Positions 63,145 through 64,000 of a stretch of 64,000 nt of DNA are shown piece after piece (position 1 is the first letter of the stretch; each line of letters opens with the position of its first letter). A model generated the notes under the pieces. That model did not search any database and was not told where the DNA came from. It saw only the letters and a program-made list of their open reading frames with translations. The stretch is from the NCBI RefSeq assembly GCF_963921235.1, contig NC_086109.1, positions 23,438,001 to 23,502,000 on the forward strand, written 5' to 3'. The translations under genes and the position numbers were made by a program. The DNA comes from Mobula hypostoma. Lineage: Eukaryota.

Positions 63145-63683
63145 TACTTGTGAAAGTCTTAGGGACATACTTATAGTATAGCTAGGGTGCCTAAGACTTT
63201 TGCACAGAGCTGTATTTGTCAACGTGGAGCAGAGAGTGAGTTTTTAAATCTGGCGGGAGCAAAGGATGTTGGGAATGGCGAGGGTGGAGCACTGTGGGAG
63301 GAGTGTGGACAGGTGGCACTGAAGGAATGCCAGGGGTGGGGGTCGGCTGTGGGTACAGACACACCCAACCCTGAGTCACCAGGCAAGGTCACCTGATTCC
63401 AAGTAATTGGTTTATTGATCATTACAGAATGTCCCTCTGGTGCTTCCTACTCCCTCCCCTCTCCCTTCCCCTTTAAATCATGATTTCCCTCTTCCTGCCC
63501 TTTTCCACTTTCAGTCCACAATAGAGACCCATAACAGAATCTGATTTATCATTGCTCACATATGTCAAGATTTTTTTTTGTGGCAGCAATACAGTGCAAT
63601 ACATAAAGTTAGCACAGTGCTGTGCAGAAGTCTGAAGCTTCTTAGCTATATATATGTGGGCGAGACTTTTGCACAGTACTGTA
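63145..63683 (-). mobile_element. Composite non-autonomous element with Tc1/mariner-like terminal hairpins, copy 2
   Basis: Both ends carry ~60-bp units ctgtgca.aagtct...agacttttgcacag; body is inverted relative to 50398-50858. Confidence 0.78.
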
Positions 63684-63896
63684 GATTTCCAAAGATGCTT
63701 CACCTGAGCATAAAGCAGGTAAAATTAGGCATTATGCTGTGTAGGGAGATATTTGGGTACGTGACCAAAAGCTTGGAAAAAGGATTAGATTGTCAAGAAA
63801 CTGTAATGGTATTGTGCTGTAGCTGTGGCATAACCTATCGAAATCAAGCAAATGTTGATACAGTATCCTATATTAATTGTATTTCTCCTCCTCTAG

Positions 63897-64000
63897 TTAC
63901 CACTTTCCAGCAGCCACATGGATGTCTACACAAGCCATGCAATTGCATCAACTACAAGCGCTTCATGTCCTGCCAATATTGCCATTAAAAGGGAAATGTC
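63897..64000 (+). CDS. TFEB: TFEB coding exon 4 (partial, runs off window), with S211-equivalent 14-3-3 site
   Basis: Acceptor tttctcctcctctag|, LPLSSSHMDVYTSHAIASTTSASCPANIAIKREM(S), compared with human LPLSSSHLNVYS...TSSSCPADLTQKRELT. This frame is not in the ORF track. Confidence 0.93.

Noticed and set aside
63578..63988. 136-aa ORF in the ORF track at the window end
   Set aside because: Wrong frame; the real TFEB exon starts at 63897 in another frame.

Overview
Eukaryotic vertebrate genomic DNA, most likely from a cartilaginous fish and probably a ray. This is inferred from the repeats (Deu-domain SacSINE1-like SINEs, V-SINE/HE1-like SINEs, abundant CR1, Rex1/Babar and Penelope-like fragments). 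The only supported host gene is a plus-strand TFEB (MiT/TFE family) orthologue. Four coding exons are visible (35054-35254, 49426-49677, 49964-50059, 63897->64000), all joined by phase-0 GT-AG introns; the bHLH-Zip exons lie beyond the window. Most entries in the ORF track are chance ORFs or transposon fragments. The rest is TE-rich intronic/upstream sequence with many nested insertions. The most unusual signals are RNA-level: (1) a degenerate HDV-like ribozyme fold at the 5' end of an RTE-derived element, (2) a family of Penelope-like repeats whose consensus is a minimal type I hammerhead ribozyme, (3) a young 510-bp retroposon with a highly structured 5' leader, and (4) inverted repeat pairs placed around TFEB exons and intron ends. 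The TFEB protein also keeps MITF-like features and has Met at the Rag-binding Q10 position. TE family names come from my recognition of motifs, not database searches, and TE boundaries are approximate unless a TSD/TIR is given.
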